A stretch of DNA of 64,000 nt from Solirubrobacterales bacterium (GTDB lineage Bacteria > Actinomycetota > Thermoleophilia > Solirubrobacterales > Solirubrobacteraceae). The DNA lies in contig DAHUYZ010000006.1 of the NCBI GenBank assembly GCA_027306855.1, positions 375 through 64,374 on the forward strand, written 5' to 3'. Under the pieces are notes generated by a model. It was given only the letters and a program-made list of their open reading frames with translations, ran no database searches and was not told where the DNA came from. Of the stretch, positions 28,935 to 42,399 are shown one piece after another; the first letter of the stretch is position 1; each line of letters begins with the position of its first letter. Both the position numbers and the translations under genes were made by a program.

Positions 28935-30158
28935 TCAACTCTTGGCGGAGGGTCTGGCGGACTTTCGCGGCGCCCGGCGCCCCTTGGGTGTCGTGAGCGC
29001 CCGCCCGCCCTTGCGCGAGTGCTTGGCGATGAACTTCTCGGTCTCCTCGCGCGCGAGATGGTCGGGCCGCTGGTTGTGGGGCGACTTCATCAGATACGAG
29101 GAGGGCCCGTCGAGCTGGCCGCCGACGCCATGGTTGAGCGCGAGCTTGCAGCAGCGCACCGCGTCGATCACGATCCCGGCCGAGTTGGGGGAGTCCCAGA
29201 CCTCGAGCTTCATCTCGACGTTCAGCGGCACGTCGCCAAACGCCTGGCCCTCGACTCTGATGTGGGCCCACTTGCGGTCGGTCAGCCACGGCACGTAGTC
29301 GCTCGGGCCGATGTATACGTCGTCGGCGGGCAGCTTCTCGTCCATGATCGAGGTGACCGCGTTGGTCTTCGAGATCTTCTTGGACTCCAGCCGCTCGCGC
29401 TCGAGCATGTTGTAGAAGTCCATGTTGCCGCCGACGTTGAGCTGGGAGGTACGCAGCATCTTGACGCCCCTGTCGGCGAACAGGCGGGCGAGTGTGCGGT
29501 GGACGATCGTGGCGCCCACCTGCGACTTGATGTCGTCGCCGACGATCGGCAGGCTCGCCTTTTTGAAACGTTTATCCCAGTAGTCCTCGCGCGCGATGAA
29601 CACGGGGATGCAGTTGACGAAGCCGCAGCCGGCCTCGAGGATCTGCTCGACGTACCACTTCGTCGCGTCCTCCGAGCCGACTGGAAGATAAGAGACGACC
29701 ACGTCTGTATGTGTCTCGCGCAGGATCTTGACGATGTCGGCGGTCTCGCCTGGCGCCTTGGTGATCTTCTGCTTGAGGTACTTGCCGAGGCCGTCGTGGG
29801 TCATGCCCCTGTAGACGGGCACGCCGAGCTTCTTCGGCACCGCACGCGTCCCGGTCGCGAACTTGATCGTGTTGTTCTGGCCCGCCCAGATCGCCTGGCC
29901 GAGGTCCTTGCCGACCTTCGCGGCGTCGATGTCGAAGGCGGCCGTGAACTCGATGTCGCGCACGTGGTAGCCGCCGAGGTCGACGTGCATGAGGCCGGGC
30001 ACGAGCTCTTTCGGATCGGCGTCCCTGTAGTAGTGGACGCCCTGCACGAACGAGCAAGCGCAGTTGCCGACCCCGATGATCGCGACGCGAACCTTGTCCT
30101 GCTGGTAGCGCGCCTTGCCGTTCGAGGAGGCGCCGCTGCTTGGCTGAATGTTGGGCAT
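28935..30158 (-). CDS. ino1: Myo-inositol-1-phosphate synthase
   Basis: [28 protein letters not shown] and WDSPNSAG motifs. Confidence 0.96.
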   Translation of the reverse strand: MPNIQPSSGASSNGKARYQQDKVRVAIIGVGNCACSFVQGVHYYRDADPKELVPGLMHVDLGGYHVRDIEFTAAFDIDAAKVGKDLGQAIWAGQNNTIKFATGTRAVPKKLGVPVYRGMTHDGLGKYLKQKITKAPGETADIVKILRETHTDVVVSYLPVGSEDATKWYVEQILEAGCGFVNCIPVFIAREDYWDKRFKKASLPIVGDDIKSQVGATIVHRTLARLFADRGVKMLRTSQLNVGGNMDFYNMLERERLESKKISKTNAVTSIMDEKLPADDVYIGPSDYVPWLTDRKWAHIRVEGQAFGDVPLNVEMKLEVWDSPNSAGIVIDAVRCCKLALNHGVGGQLDGPSSYLMKSPHNQRPDHLAREETEKFIAKHSRKGGRALTTPKGRRAPRKSARPSAKS

Positions 30159-30167
30159 CGCGGCAGC

Positions 30168-30845
30168 CTATCTCGACAGCACGCCTCGCACGTGCCAGAT
30201 GCGCTGGATGACCGTGATGACCGACAGCGCCGCGAGCACATAGACGGCGCCAGCCAGCAGGCTGAAGTCCCCGATCGAGGCGCCCCGGGCGAAGATCAGG
30301 CCGACCGAGAGGATCGTGACGCGCACGGCCCGTGTGGCGATGCCGACCTTGCACTCCACGCCCAGAGCCTCCGCGCGCGCTCGCGTATACGACACCATCA
30401 GCGAGGCGAGGACGGCGATCACGACCGCCGCGGCCGCCCCGGCACGTCCTTCGCGGGCGAAATCGGCGGCTACGGCGGTGAGGACGATGCCCTCCTCGAT
30501 GCGGTCGAGCGTCGAGTCGAGGAACGCGCCGAACGGGGTGCCCTTGCCCGACATCCTCGAGTAGCGTCCGTCGAGCGTGTCCATGATCGAGCCGACGATG
30601 AACGCGATGCCGCCGAGGAAGTAGAGCCGCTCCCAGACGAGCACGGCGGCGAGGACGTTAAGCGCGAGTCCCGTCATCGAGATTGCGTTCGGGGTCAAAC
30701 GTGAGTCGATCAGGCGGTTGCGCACGAGCTCACGCCGCTCGGCGGCGGTGAGCGAAGGCCGACCGTTGCGCCGCATGCGAGGGCCTGAGCCGCGTGAGCG
30801 GTCACGCAGAGCGGATGGGCGCTGGGATCGTGGAGAGCTGGACAT
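30168..30845 (-). CDS. pgsA: CDP-alcohol phosphatidyltransferase (phosphatidylinositol-phosphate synthase-like)
   Basis: DTLDGRYSR...FGAFLDSTLDRI motif; adjacent to ino1; start may be 30777. Confidence 0.85.
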   Translation of the reverse strand: MSSSPRSQRPSALRDRSRGSGPRMRRNGRPSLTAAERRELVRNRLIDSRLTPNAISMTGLALNVLAAVLVWERLYFLGGIAFIVGSIMDTLDGRYSRMSGKGTPFGAFLDSTLDRIEEGIVLTAVAADFAREGRAGAAAAVVIAVLASLMVSYTRARAEALGVECKVGIATRAVRVTILSVGLIFARGASIGDFSLLAGAVYVLAALSVITVIQRIWHVRGVLSR

Positions 30846-30861
30846 CGCGTGTCTTTGCACC

Positions 30862-31695
30862 CTAACCCGCGCCGACGGCGGCGTGGCCGAAGCGCCAGGC
30901 GGCGGGTCGCAGCTCACCGAGTCGGCGCGCTCCCCACGCGGAGGCGGCCGCGGTGAGCGCGCCTAGCAGCGCGTCGAGGAGGAAGTGGTTGGCGGTCGCG
31001 ATGATCACGAACGCGATCAGCAGGGGATACAGCCGCCACAGCACGCGTGCGACGCGCGTGCGCGAGAGCGTTGCGAGCGGCCAGCCGATCATGAGCGCAA
31101 ACGCGACGTGCATCGAGGGGACGGCGGCGTAGGGGTTGAACAGCGCGTTCATCGATGCCGACCCGTGCGAGACGTTGACGCCGGTGAAGTCGGAGACCGA
31201 GTCGAAGAAGCCCCACTCGGGCAGGAAGCGCGGCGGGGCGGTCGGAAACACGGTGTAGCCGACGAGCGCGATCAGCATCGCGATCGCGAACATGTTGCGC
31301 ACGAAGTAGAAGGAGCGGTTGTGGCGCACGTACAGATAGACGAGCGCCGCGATCGTGATCGAGCTCTGAGCGTTGACGTACAGCCAGCTCGAGAAGTCCA
31401 TCAGCAGGTGGCTGCCCGACGCCCACGCCTGGATCGAGGGCTCGACGAACACGTGCAGCGTGCGCTCGATCTGGATGAAGTCGCGCGCGTGCTGAAAGGC
31501 CGCTCCGGCGTCCCCCTCGACGAGGCCGCGGACGAGGCTGTAGGCGAGGTAGGCGCCGGCGAAGAAGAGGATCTGGCGCACGACGTCGACCCACCCGCGC
31601 GGCAGGACGCGTGTCTGCAGCGAACGTAGCCGGGCGCGTGTCGCGGTGAGCGTTGGCCGGGCGAGCGCAGCATGAAGCCTTGGCCGGGCGGACAT
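30862..31695 (-). CDS. PAP2-superfamily protein, inositol phosphorylceramide synthase (Aur1)-like
   Basis: FPTAPPRF, YAAVPSMH and ATANHFLLD motifs. Confidence 0.85.
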   Translation of the reverse strand: MSARPRLHAALARPTLTATRARLRSLQTRVLPRGWVDVVRQILFFAGAYLAYSLVRGLVEGDAGAAFQHARDFIQIERTLHVFVEPSIQAWASGSHLLMDFSSWLYVNAQSSITIAALVYLYVRHNRSFYFVRNMFAIAMLIALVGYTVFPTAPPRFLPEWGFFDSVSDFTGVNVSHGSASMNALFNPYAAVPSMHVAFALMIGWPLATLSRTRVARVLWRLYPLLIAFVIIATANHFLLDALLGALTAAASAWGARRLGELRPAAWRFGHAAVGAG

Positions 31696-31706
31696 CGAAA
31701 CGAAGC

Positions 31707-33227
31707 CTAGCCCATGAGCCTGTACAGCCGCCAGTGCTTTGCACGCCAGATCTCGCGGAGATAGGGCAGTCCGCGCGCGATCAGCGCCCCCTCGGCGCGA
31801 CCCGCGTCGTCCAGCGGCACGTCCGGCAGCGCGACATAGTCGACGCGGTTTTCGGCGAGCCAGGCGCGGTAGGCGGATGCGCTCAGCGATTGGTGATAGA
31901 AGAGCTGCGCGTAGCGCTCGTCCAGCTGGCGCTCCCAGCCGCGCGCGAGCTGCACGCCGTCGTGGCCGGCGAGGTAGGCGGACTCCCAGTGGGCTTTCGT
32001 GAGCGGGACCTCGACGATCGCGGGGCCGGCGCGGTCGAGGCGTCTCAGCTCGGCGAGCAGGGGGGCGTAGTAGGAGGCGTGCGTCGAGGGGTCGCTCGCG
32101 AGCGCGCTGTAGTCGCTGACGGGAGTGGCGAGTTGCCAGTAGACGAGCAGGGGCGCAAGAGCCGTGAGCAGCGCCCGGCGGCGCTCCCACAAGAGCCCGG
32201 CGATCAGCGCCGGCGCGAGCAGGGGCCCGAGCCGAGCCGCGTTGCCGCCCATCGGCGTGCGCAGCACGTAGGCGAAGACGAGGGCGAGCGCATAGAGGGC
32301 GGCGCCCGTCCGCACCATGCTCCGTCCACGCTCTGTAAGCGGCCCGCGCGGTAGCAGCAGCGCGATCAGGACGACACCGGCGAGCACAGGCCAGAAGGCC
32401 CAGGCGGCAAACGGCTCGAAGCCACCTTCGGGGAAGGCGAGCGTGAGCGCGAGGATCGGCAGGAGCGCCGCCAGCGATAGCGCCAGGTAGGAGCCTGTAG
32501 GCCGCGATCGGATGGCGCGCGTCGCCTTAACAGTTACACGCGCGCGCGTCCTTGATAATACGGCTGCCTGATGATCAAGCCGCGCGCGCGCGCGCGAGGC
32601 ACGCCTGCTCGAATACGCACCGCTCGCGGCGCCGGCCAGAGCGCAAAGGGCCAGGAACGCGCCCGCCACCGGGCTCGCCACGCTCGTCATCGCAGCCAAG
32701 CACAGCGCCAGGGGCAAGGCGCCGCGCATGAGCGCGAGTATCGAGCCGAGCCCGATCGCGAAGCCGAGGTCGAAGGGCACGCGTCCCGACAGAAGCCCGA
32801 CGCAAAACCCGAACGAAAACACGCCGGCAGCGACGCGTCCGGCCGCGGCGCCGAAGGCCCGCTCTGCGATCAGGCCGAACAGCACGACCGCCGCGAATGC
32901 GGACAGTACGAGCAGCATGCGCACCCCCAGCAGCGCTCCGAGCGCGGGGGACAACAGCGAGTAGCCCAGCAGCCAGTGGCCGTGGGCGGCGTACCAGCCG
33001 GTGTCCCACGTGGCGAAGGGATGGCGCGCGAACAGTTCGCTGCGATACGTCGCGGCCGCGAGGTCTCCTGCGGAGGGCGCGAGGATGAGATAGGCCGCGA
33101 GCAGCGGGACGGAAACCACCAGCCCGACCAATGAGCCTCCCGGAGCCCGTCTCCCCGCTATACCGCCTCTCGCCGCTTCTGCCCGACGGACCGCCATGGA
33201 CGATGTCGCAGGCGCGCTAAGGGCCAT
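31707..33227 (-). CDS. Multi-pass membrane protein, possibly GT-C-type glycosyltransferase
   Basis: About ten TM segments, N-terminal loop DLAAATYR...WDTGWY, soluble C-terminal domain; function inferred from context. Confidence 0.6.
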   Translation of the reverse strand: MALSAPATSSMAVRRAEAARGGIAGRRAPGGSLVGLVVSVPLLAAYLILAPSAGDLAAATYRSELFARHPFATWDTGWYAAHGHWLLGYSLLSPALGALLGVRMLLVLSAFAAVVLFGLIAERAFGAAAGRVAAGVFSFGFCVGLLSGRVPFDLGFAIGLGSILALMRGALPLALCLAAMTSVASPVAGAFLALCALAGAASGAYSSRRASRARARLDHQAAVLSRTRARVTVKATRAIRSRPTGSYLALSLAALLPILALTLAFPEGGFEPFAAWAFWPVLAGVVLIALLLPRGPLTERGRSMVRTGAALYALALVFAYVLRTPMGGNAARLGPLLAPALIAGLLWERRRALLTALAPLLVYWQLATPVSDYSALASDPSTHASYYAPLLAELRRLDRAGPAIVEVPLTKAHWESAYLAGHDGVQLARGWERQLDERYAQLFYHQSLSASAYRAWLAENRVDYVALPDVPLDDAGRAEGALIARGLPYLREIWRAKHWRLYRLMG

Positions 33228-33271
33228 CCGGCGAGCATAGAGTGCGCCGCCCGCGCAAAGATGCTGTGGGC

Positions 33272-34087
33272 CTACCGAGCTGCGAGGAACTCGACCACTC
33301 GCTCGATCGCATCGGGGCGGTCGAGCCACCACCAGTGGCCGGCGTCGGGGAGGACGAGCAGCGCCGCGTCGGGGAGCGCTTTCGCGTACTCCTCGCCGAA
33401 GCGGGCCGGGATGTAGGGGTCCTTTGCGCCCCACACGACGAGCGCGGGCATCGACAGGGTAGGCAGGCGCTCGCCGGCCTTCGCCAGCACGTCGCTCGGC
33501 GCGCTGCGGTACAGCCGCAGGATCGCGCGTCTTGTGCCTTCGTCGAAGTGGGCGATCACCGAGTCGATCCACTCGTCAGGCATGGGCCCCGGCTTGGCGT
33601 TCGCCTCGCGCGTTGACTGCTTCAGCACCCACCTCGTCGTCGAGCCCATCGCCAGCTCTCCCAGCAGTGGTGTCCGCCAGATGCGGGCGGTTCTGTGCCA
33701 GCGATAGCCGCGCAGGAACGGCACGGCGTTCGTGATCACCAGCCGCTCGACCCGCTCGGGGTGCGCCTGGGCGAACGCGAGCCCGACCGCGCCCCAGTCG
33801 TGTACGACGAGCTTGACGCGCTCCACTTCGACGTGGTCGAGAAAGCGCTCGATAAACCGGGCGTACTCGTCGATCGTGTAGTACAGGTAGCCGGGCTTGC
33901 CGCTGCGCCCAAAGCCCGGCAGGTCGGGCGCGAGGCCGCCGGTCCGCTCCAGGAAGCCGAGCCAGTCGTCCGAGCTGGTGGGCACGCCGTGCAGGTACAG
34001 CACCGGCGCATCCCCGCTTGGCGGCGCGCTGCGCCAGAAGACGGCCCGTCCGTCGATCTCCTCGGTGTGCTCGACGACGTTCGACAC
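33272..34087 (-). CDS. Alpha/beta fold hydrolase
   Basis: LHGVP, PDLPGFGRS, VHDWG (Asp nucleophile) and AGHW motifs. Confidence 0.92.
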   Translation of the reverse strand: MSNVVEHTEEIDGRAVFWRSAPPSGDAPVLYLHGVPTSSDDWLGFLERTGGLAPDLPGFGRSGKPGYLYYTIDEYARFIERFLDHVEVERVKLVVHDWGAVGLAFAQAHPERVERLVITNAVPFLRGYRWHRTARIWRTPLLGELAMGSTTRWVLKQSTREANAKPGPMPDEWIDSVIAHFDEGTRRAILRLYRSAPSDVLAKAGERLPTLSMPALVVWGAKDPYIPARFGEEYAKALPDAALLVLPDAGHWWWLDRPDAIERVVEFLAAR

Positions 34088-34112
34088 CCGCGCGAGGATA
34101 TAGCGTGGGCTC

Positions 34113-34823
34113 GTGGCCGCCTCGTGGAAGCCCCCTACCCGCGCGCGCGTGCTGCGCATCCGCGACCGCCTGCGCGAGGTCTACGGCATCCCGCGCATGG
34201 CCCCCCACGGTAGGCCGCTCGACGAGCTGATCCTGACGGTCCTCTCCCAGTCCACGAACGACCGCAACCGTGACGTCGCGTTTCTGCGCCTGCGCGAGCG
34301 TTTCGCCTCGCCCGCCCAGCCGATCGACTACGAGGCCGTGCTCGCCGCCCCGGTCTCAGACGTCGAGGAGGCGATCAGGCCGGGAGGCATCTCCAAGGTC
34401 AAGTCGGCCCGCATCCAAGCGATCCTTGCGTCCATAGCCGGCACGGCGCGCGATCCCGACGAGCCCCTGTCGCTCGAGTGGATGCGCGACGCCCCGATGC
34501 AGGAGAGCCGTGCCTATCTCTGTGCCCTGCCCGGCGTCGGGCGCAAGACGGCCGCCTGCGTGCTGCTCTTCTCCTACGGCCTGCCTGACGTCCCCGTCGA
34601 CACGCACGTCTCGCGGGTGGGGACGCGCCTCGGCCTGCTCCGGCCAGGAGCGCCTTTCGAGGAGCTGCACGACCAGATGCTTTCGCTCACCCCGCCCGGG
34701 CAGGAGCTCGAGCTGCACGTCAACCTGCTGCGCCACGGACGGCGCACGTGCTTTGCGCGCAAACCGGCCTGCGAGGACTGCGCGCTGGCGCGCATGTGCC
34801 CAAGCCGCGGCCTGTTTTCCTGA
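34113..34823 (+). CDS. Endonuclease III family HhH-GPD DNA glycosylase
   Basis: VLSQSTND, LPGVGRKTA, PVDTH and CFARKPACEDCALARMC FeS motifs. Confidence 0.92.
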   Translation: MAASWKPPTRARVLRIRDRLREVYGIPRMAPHGRPLDELILTVLSQSTNDRNRDVAFLRLRERFASPAQPIDYEAVLAAPVSDVEEAIRPGGISKVKSARIQAILASIAGTARDPDEPLSLEWMRDAPMQESRAYLCALPGVGRKTAACVLLFSYGLPDVPVDTHVSRVGTRLGLLRPGAPFEELHDQMLSLTPPGQELELHVNLLRHGRRTCFARKPACEDCALARMCPSRGLFS

Positions 34824-34883
34824 CCGTTCCTCGTATTGGTGTTCGCAGGCGCCGGTTGGACCCGCCGTAGGAGCTGCGTCCCG

Positions 34884-35822
34884 TCAGCGAGTCGGGGCCC
34901 CGGTGGCCGGCCTCCCGGCCGCCAGCTTCTCCCGCTCCCTCTCAGCGCTCACCCGCACGACATCCCAAGCCAGTTTGACCCGTGCCATCCCGAGGATCAG
35001 CCAGCCGGAGGGGTCGAGCTCCCACCAGCGCAGGCCGTGGAAGGCCGAGCGCGGGAAGGCGTGGTGGTTGTGGTGCCAGGCCTCGCCCAGCGAGGGGAGC
35101 GCCAGCCAGAACACGTTCGTCGACTTGTCCTCGAGGTCGAAGCGCCGGGTCCCGAAGAAGTGGCAGATCGAGTTGATCGACCACGTGACGTGGTGGACGA
35201 GGAAGATCCTCACGAGGCCGCCCCACAGCAACGCGCTCGTGCCCGCCAGCAGGCAGGCGCCCAGCCCGTCCCCGACCGCCGCGCTCACGCCGGCGCCGAG
35301 CAGGAACGGGATCGTGAGGCTCGACAGCGCGATCAGCGGGAACGCCTTGTTGATCCTGCGCATGCCCGCGTCTTCGAGCAGGTCGGGCGCGAACCGTTTC
35401 GAGGAGGCCTGTCCGTGCGTCGAGAACAGCCAGCCCGTGTGCGCGTGCCACAGGCCCTTGACCATCCCGCCGACACCCTTGCCTGCGCCGGCATGGGGGC
35501 TGTGGGGGTCGCCCTCCTCGTCGGTGAACGTGTGGTGCTTGCGATGGTCGGCGACCCAGTCGATCGCCGGGCCCTGAACGGCCATTGAGCCGAGCACCGC
35601 CAGCGTGTAGCGGACCGACGGGTGTGTCTGGAAGGCGCGATGGGTAAGCAGGCGGTGGAAGCCGACGGTGATCCCGATCGCCGTCGCCATGTACATGACG
35701 GCCATGATCGCCAGATCGAGGGGGCCGAAGAAGTTGTCCCACAGCAGCACGGCGCCGGTCAGCACGCCGAGGAAGGGGACCACCACCGCGGCGATGTTGA
35801 CGTTGCGCTCCAGGCGGGTCAC
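34884..35822 (-). CDS. Acyl-CoA (delta-9-type) fatty acid desaturase
   Basis: HRLLTH, HRKHH and HHNHH His boxes; start approximate. Confidence 0.92.
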   Translation of the reverse strand: MTRLERNVNIAAVVVPFLGVLTGAVLLWDNFFGPLDLAIMAVMYMATAIGITVGFHRLLTHRAFQTHPSVRYTLAVLGSMAVQGPAIDWVADHRKHHTFTDEEGDPHSPHAGAGKGVGGMVKGLWHAHTGWLFSTHGQASSKRFAPDLLEDAGMRRINKAFPLIALSSLTIPFLLGAGVSAAVGDGLGACLLAGTSALLWGGLVRIFLVHHVTWSINSICHFFGTRRFDLEDKSTNVFWLALPSLGEAWHHNHHAFPRSAFHGLRWWELDPSGWLILGMARVKLAWDVVRVSAEREREKLAAGRPATGAPTR

Positions 35823-35942
35823 TTGCAGGAGAGTACCCCCACCGGCGCCACGGTTACGCGGATCGGACGAGCGTCTGTGATGCGAGGACCCGGCGTGGTG
35901 CCCGGTCGACATTGGCTTGGAGCACGACATCCCCGATGTCCC

Positions 35943-35971
35943 TTGAGATCTGCTATAAGACCACTTAGATT
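35943..35971 (+). promoter_or_regulatory. Housekeeping-sigma promoter of the dnaK operon
   Basis: TTGAGA-N17-TAGATT in an AT-rich leader. Confidence 0.65.
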
Positions 35972-36049
35972 TCTTTCTATGAGCATCATCTTGGTCGTCA
36001 ACAAAACCTTTATAAATGTTTCTCCAACGATTCATCTAAGGAGCACCCC

Positions 36050-37966
36050 ATGGGCAAGACCATAGGCATCGATCTCGGCACCACCAACTCGTGCATGGCC
36101 GTGCTCGAGGGTGGCGAGCCGACCGTCATCGAGAACGCCGAGGGTGGGCGCACGACCCCATCTGTCGTCGCCTTCACGGCGTCCGGCGAGCGCCTCGTCG
36201 GCACCGTCGCCAAGCGCCAGGCGGTCACCAACCCCCAGAACACGATCTTCTCGATCAAGCGCTTCATGGGCCGCAAGGAGGCCGAGGTGCGCGAGGAGGA
36301 GCAGATCGTCCCATATGAGGTCGTCGCAGGCCCCAACGGCGACGCGAGGGTGGAGGCCGCCGGCAACCAGTACTCACCGCCCGAGGTCTCGGCGATGATC
36401 CTCCAGAAGCTGAAGTCCGACGCCGAAGCGTATCTCGGCGAAACGGTCGACTCGGCCGTACTAACGGTCCCCGCCTACTTCAACGACGACCAGCGACAGG
36501 CGACCAAGGACGCCGGCAAGATCGCCGGGCTCGACGTCAAGCGCATCATCAACGAGCCCACAGCCGCCTCGCTCGCCTACGGCCTCGACAAGGAGCACGA
36601 CCAGACGATCTTGGTGTTCGACCTCGGCGGCGGCACGTTCGACGTGTCGGTGCTGGAGATCGGCGACGGCGTGTTCGAGGTCAAGTCCACCGCCGGCGAC
36701 AACCATCTCGGCGGCGACAACTTCGACAAGGCGATCGTCGACTGGCTGGTCGCGGACTTCAAGCGCGACCAGGCGATCGATCTCTCTGCCGATCCGATGG
36801 CTTTGCAGCGCCTGTACGAGGCGGCCGAGAAGGCCAAGATCGAGCTGTCGACCACGCAGGAGACCCAGATCAACCTGCCGTTCATCACGGCCGACTCCTC
36901 CGGGCCCAAGCACCTCGACACGCGCCTGACCAGGGCAAAGCTCTCCGAACTGACGTCCGCGCTGCTCGATCGTGTCGTGGTGCCCGTGCGCCAAGCGATC
37001 GACGACGCCAAGGACAAGGGCGTCAAGGAGATAGACCACATCGTGCTCGTCGGCGGCATGACGCGCATGCCGGCCGTCCAGGAGAAGGTCAAGGAGCTGA
37101 CCGGCAAGGAGCCTCACAGGGGCGTCAATCCCGACGAGGTCGTTGCGGTGGGAGCGGCGATCCAGGCGGGCGTGCTCGCCGGTGACGTCAAGGACGTGCT
37201 GCTGCTCGACGTCACCCCCTTGACGCTCGGTATCGAGACGAAGGGCGGCGTGATGACGAGGCTGATCGAGCGCAACACGACCATCCCGACGCGCAAGAGC
37301 GAGGTCTTCTCGACCGCCGAGGACAACCAGCCCTCAGTCGAGATCCACGTGCTGCAGGGCGAGCGCGAGATGGCCCAGTACAACAAGTCGCTCGGCAAGT
37401 TCCAGCTCACCGGCATCCCGCCGGCGCCGCGTGGCATCCCTCAGATCGAAGTCGGCTTTGACATCGACGCCAACGGGATTCTCAACGTGTCGGCCAAGGA
37501 CCTCGGCACGAGCAAGGAGCAGAAGATCGAGATCAAGGCCGGCTCGGGTCTCTCCGAGGATGAGATCAAGTCGATGGTCTCCGACGCCGAGTCCCATGCC
37601 GAGGAGGACCGCAAGGCGCGCGAGCTCGCCGAGGCGCGCAACAACGCCGAGAACGCCGCTTACCAGGCCGAGCGCCAGCTCACGGATCTCGGCGATCAGG
37701 TCGACGCGGACTCCAAGGGCCGTATCGAGGCGGCCATCAAGGACGTGCGCGACACCCTGGAGTCAGACGACGCGGCGGCGATCAGCGCCAGGACGCAGGA
37801 GCTGCAATCGGCGTTCCACGCGGTCTCCGAGGCGATGTACCAGCAGGCCCAGGCCCAGGCCCAGGCGGCCCCATCCGGCGACGGCGCCGGTCCGGCGGCC
37901 GAGGGCGAGGGTGCTGCCGAGGAGGACGTGGTCGACGCCGAGGTCGTCGACGAGGGCAAGAGCTGA
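36050..37966 (+). CDS. dnaK: Chaperone DnaK
   Basis: [17 protein letters not shown] and LLDVTPL motifs. Confidence 0.99.
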   Translation: MGKTIGIDLGTTNSCMAVLEGGEPTVIENAEGGRTTPSVVAFTASGERLVGTVAKRQAVTNPQNTIFSIKRFMGRKEAEVREEEQIVPYEVVAGPNGDARVEAAGNQYSPPEVSAMILQKLKSDAEAYLGETVDSAVLTVPAYFNDDQRQATKDAGKIAGLDVKRIINEPTAASLAYGLDKEHDQTILVFDLGGGTFDVSVLEIGDGVFEVKSTAGDNHLGGDNFDKAIVDWLVADFKRDQAIDLSADPMALQRLYEAAEKAKIELSTTQETQINLPFITADSSGPKHLDTRLTRAKLSELTSALLDRVVVPVRQAIDDAKDKGVKEIDHIVLVGGMTRMPAVQEKVKELTGKEPHRGVNPDEVVAVGAAIQAGVLAGDVKDVLLLDVTPLTLGIETKGGVMTRLIERNTTIPTRKSEVFSTAEDNQPSVEIHVLQGEREMAQYNKSLGKFQLTGIPPAPRGIPQIEVGFDIDANGILNVSAKDLGTSKEQKIEIKAGSGLSEDEIKSMVSDAESHAEEDRKARELAEARNNAENAAYQAERQLTDLGDQVDADSKGRIEAAIKDVRDTLESDDAAAISARTQELQSAFHAVSEAMYQQAQAQAQAAPSGDGAGPAAEGEGAAEEDVVDAEVVDEGKS

Positions 37967-38514
37967 TGGAGGAGCGCACGCCGGACCTAGAGGAGATCGA
38001 GGAGGTCGAGGCGGAGCAGCCGGAGGCGGTTGAGCACACCGAGGACGGCGACGCCGCCGCGATCGAGGGCGAGCTCGACGAGCTGGTGCGGACCGCCGCG
38101 CAGCGCGACGAGTACCTGGCGCTCGCGCAACGCACGCAGGCCGACTTCGAGAACTACCGCAAGCGCGTCGCGCGCGATGCGGCGCAGGCCCAGGATCGGG
38201 GCGTCGCCAGGCTCGCCAAGGAGCTGCTTCCGGCGCTCGACAACCTGGACCGCGCGATCGAGGCGGCGCAGGCAGAGGACCCGCTGCTCGAGGGTGTGCG
38301 GCTCGTGCGCTCGGAGCTCGCGGCCGCGCTTTCCCGCGCGGGCATCGAGTCGTTCGCGCCGCTCGGCGAGCCGTTCGATCCCAACCGTCACGAGGCGATG
38401 GCTCAGCAGCCCCTCGACGGCGCCGAGTCCGGAACGGTCGCCGAGGTCTACCAGAACGGCTACCGCATGGGCGAGACGATCATCCGGCCGGCAAGAGTCC
38501 TCGTAGCGGCATAG
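37966..38514 (+). CDS. grpE: Nucleotide exchange factor GrpE
   Basis: [18 protein letters not shown] and RPARV motifs; operon position. Confidence 0.97.
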   Translation: MEERTPDLEEIEEVEAEQPEAVEHTEDGDAAAIEGELDELVRTAAQRDEYLALAQRTQADFENYRKRVARDAAQAQDRGVARLAKELLPALDNLDRAIEAAQAEDPLLEGVRLVRSELAAALSRAGIESFAPLGEPFDPNRHEAMAQQPLDGAESGTVAEVYQNGYRMGETIIRPARVLVAA

Positions 38515-38527
38515 ACAGGACGTAGAG

Positions 38528-39670
38528 ATGGCCGTACGACCCGACTACTACAAGACGCTCGGGGTCGACTCCAAAGCGAGCCCCGAAGAGATCAAGAAGG
38601 CCTACCGCAAGCTCGCGCGCCGCTACCACCCGGACCGCAACCCCGACGACAAGCAGGCCGAGGAGCGCTTCAAGGAGGTCTCCCAGGCCTATGACGTGCT
38701 GGGCGACCCCGAGAAGCGGGGGCAGTACGACTCCGGCACCGGGCCGTTCGCGGCCGGCGGGCCCGGCGGCGGCTTCGGGGGCTTCGGCAACTTCGACTTC
38801 GACGCCTCCTCGATGGGCGACATCCTCTCCAACCTGTTCGGCGGCGCAGGGCGTGGCGGGGGCCGTCGCTCTCGTTCGCGACCCGAACGGGGACGCGACC
38901 TGGAGACTGAGGTGCGCATCTCCTTCGACCAGGCGATCGCAGGCGCCCAGGTTCCCCTGTCGGTGCCCACGACGGGGACGTGCGCAACATGCCACGGCAC
39001 GGGCGCCAAGCCCGGCACGACCCCCAAGGTCTGCCCGCGCTGCGAAGGCCGCGGCATCGAGACGCAGGGCCAGGGCATGTTCTCGATCTCCCAGCCCTGC
39101 TCGCGCTGCGGCGGCACCGGCACCGTCATCGAGAGCCCCTGCCCGACCTGCCACGGCTCGGGCGCCGTGCGCACCGTCAAGCGCCTGCGCGTCAACATCC
39201 CCGCCGGCGTGAAGCCCGGCTCGCGCATCAGGGTGCCAGGGAAGGGCGAGGCCGGCGTTCGCGGCGGCCCTCCAGGAGATCTCTACGTCGTCACGCACGT
39301 CGGCCAGTCGCCGATCTTCAAGCGCAAGGGCGAGAATCTCGAGGTCGAGGTGCCGCTCACGATCCCCGAGGCGCTGCTCGGGGCGCAGGTGCGCGTGCCG
39401 ACGCTGAGCGGATCCAAGACGTTGCGCGTGCGCCCAGGCACCCAGGACGGGTCGGTTCAGCGTCTACGCGGCGAGGGCCCACCCAAGCCGGGGAGCAAGG
39501 AGCGGGGCGACATCCACTACCGCTTTACGATCGAGATCCCGCAGGAGCTGACGGCCGAGCAGCGCAACGCCGTCGATGAGCTGTCGAAGGTCATGGACGG
39601 CGACCCACGCGCCGCCCTGTTTGCGGCCGCCGGACAGACAGGGTCCGGAGAGGAGGGCGATAGCCGATGA
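38528..39670 (+). CDS. dnaJ: Chaperone DnaJ
   Basis: J domain with HPD, G/F-rich region, four CxxCxGxG repeats. Confidence 0.98.
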   Translation: MAVRPDYYKTLGVDSKASPEEIKKAYRKLARRYHPDRNPDDKQAEERFKEVSQAYDVLGDPEKRGQYDSGTGPFAAGGPGGGFGGFGNFDFDASSMGDILSNLFGGAGRGGGRRSRSRPERGRDLETEVRISFDQAIAGAQVPLSVPTTGTCATCHGTGAKPGTTPKVCPRCEGRGIETQGQGMFSISQPCSRCGGTGTVIESPCPTCHGSGAVRTVKRLRVNIPAGVKPGSRIRVPGKGEAGVRGGPPGDLYVVTHVGQSPIFKRKGENLEVEVPLTIPEALLGAQVRVPTLSGSKTLRVRPGTQDGSVQRLRGEGPPKPGSKERGDIHYRFTIEIPQELTAEQRNAVDELSKVMDGDPRAALFAAAGQTGSGEEGDSR

Positions 39671-40145
39671 CCGCCCATGAGTCGCATCCGTCGCACGGGG
39701 TCCAGCCGCGCGTCAAGCCCAAGCCGCCGACGGTGACCCGTATCGAGGTGGAGACCGATCGCGGCGTGTTCATGATCTCCGTTGCCGCCGAGCTGGCGAA
39801 CATGCACCCGCAGACGCTGAGGATGTACGAGGCGCGCGGACTGATCGAGCCCAAGCGCTCGCCGAAGGGCACGAGGCTCTACTCCCAGGGTGACGTCGAG
39901 CGCCTGCGCCGCATCCACGAGATGACCGCCGAGCTGGGACTCAGCCTCGCCGGTGTGCAGCGGGTGCTAGACCTGGAGTCCGAAGTGCAGCGCATGCACA
40001 CGCGCATAGAGGAGCTCGAAGTGCAGGCGCTCCGCGCCCAGGTGCAGCTGGCCGAGGAGCTGGAGAAGGTGCGCCGCTCGTTTCGTGCCGAGCTCGTCCC
40101 CTATCGCGCCACCGGCACACAACTCGTACGGAGGTCTCGGTTCCC

Positions 40146-40149
<4 letters not shown>
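39667..40149 (+). CDS. hspR: MerR-family heat-shock repressor HspR
   Basis: [19 protein letters not shown] motif; follows dnaJ. Confidence 0.92.
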
Positions 40150-42353
<2,204 letters not shown>

Positions 42354-42399
42354 CCCACGCGAGCGACCGAGGACACAGCAGTGTGCCGTCCCCCGACCA

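Noticed and set aside
35930-36049. HAIR (HspR) or CIRCE operator upstream of dnaK
   Set aside because: Only a CTTGAG half-site overlapping the -35; no full CTTGAGT-N7-ACTCAAG or CIRCE match
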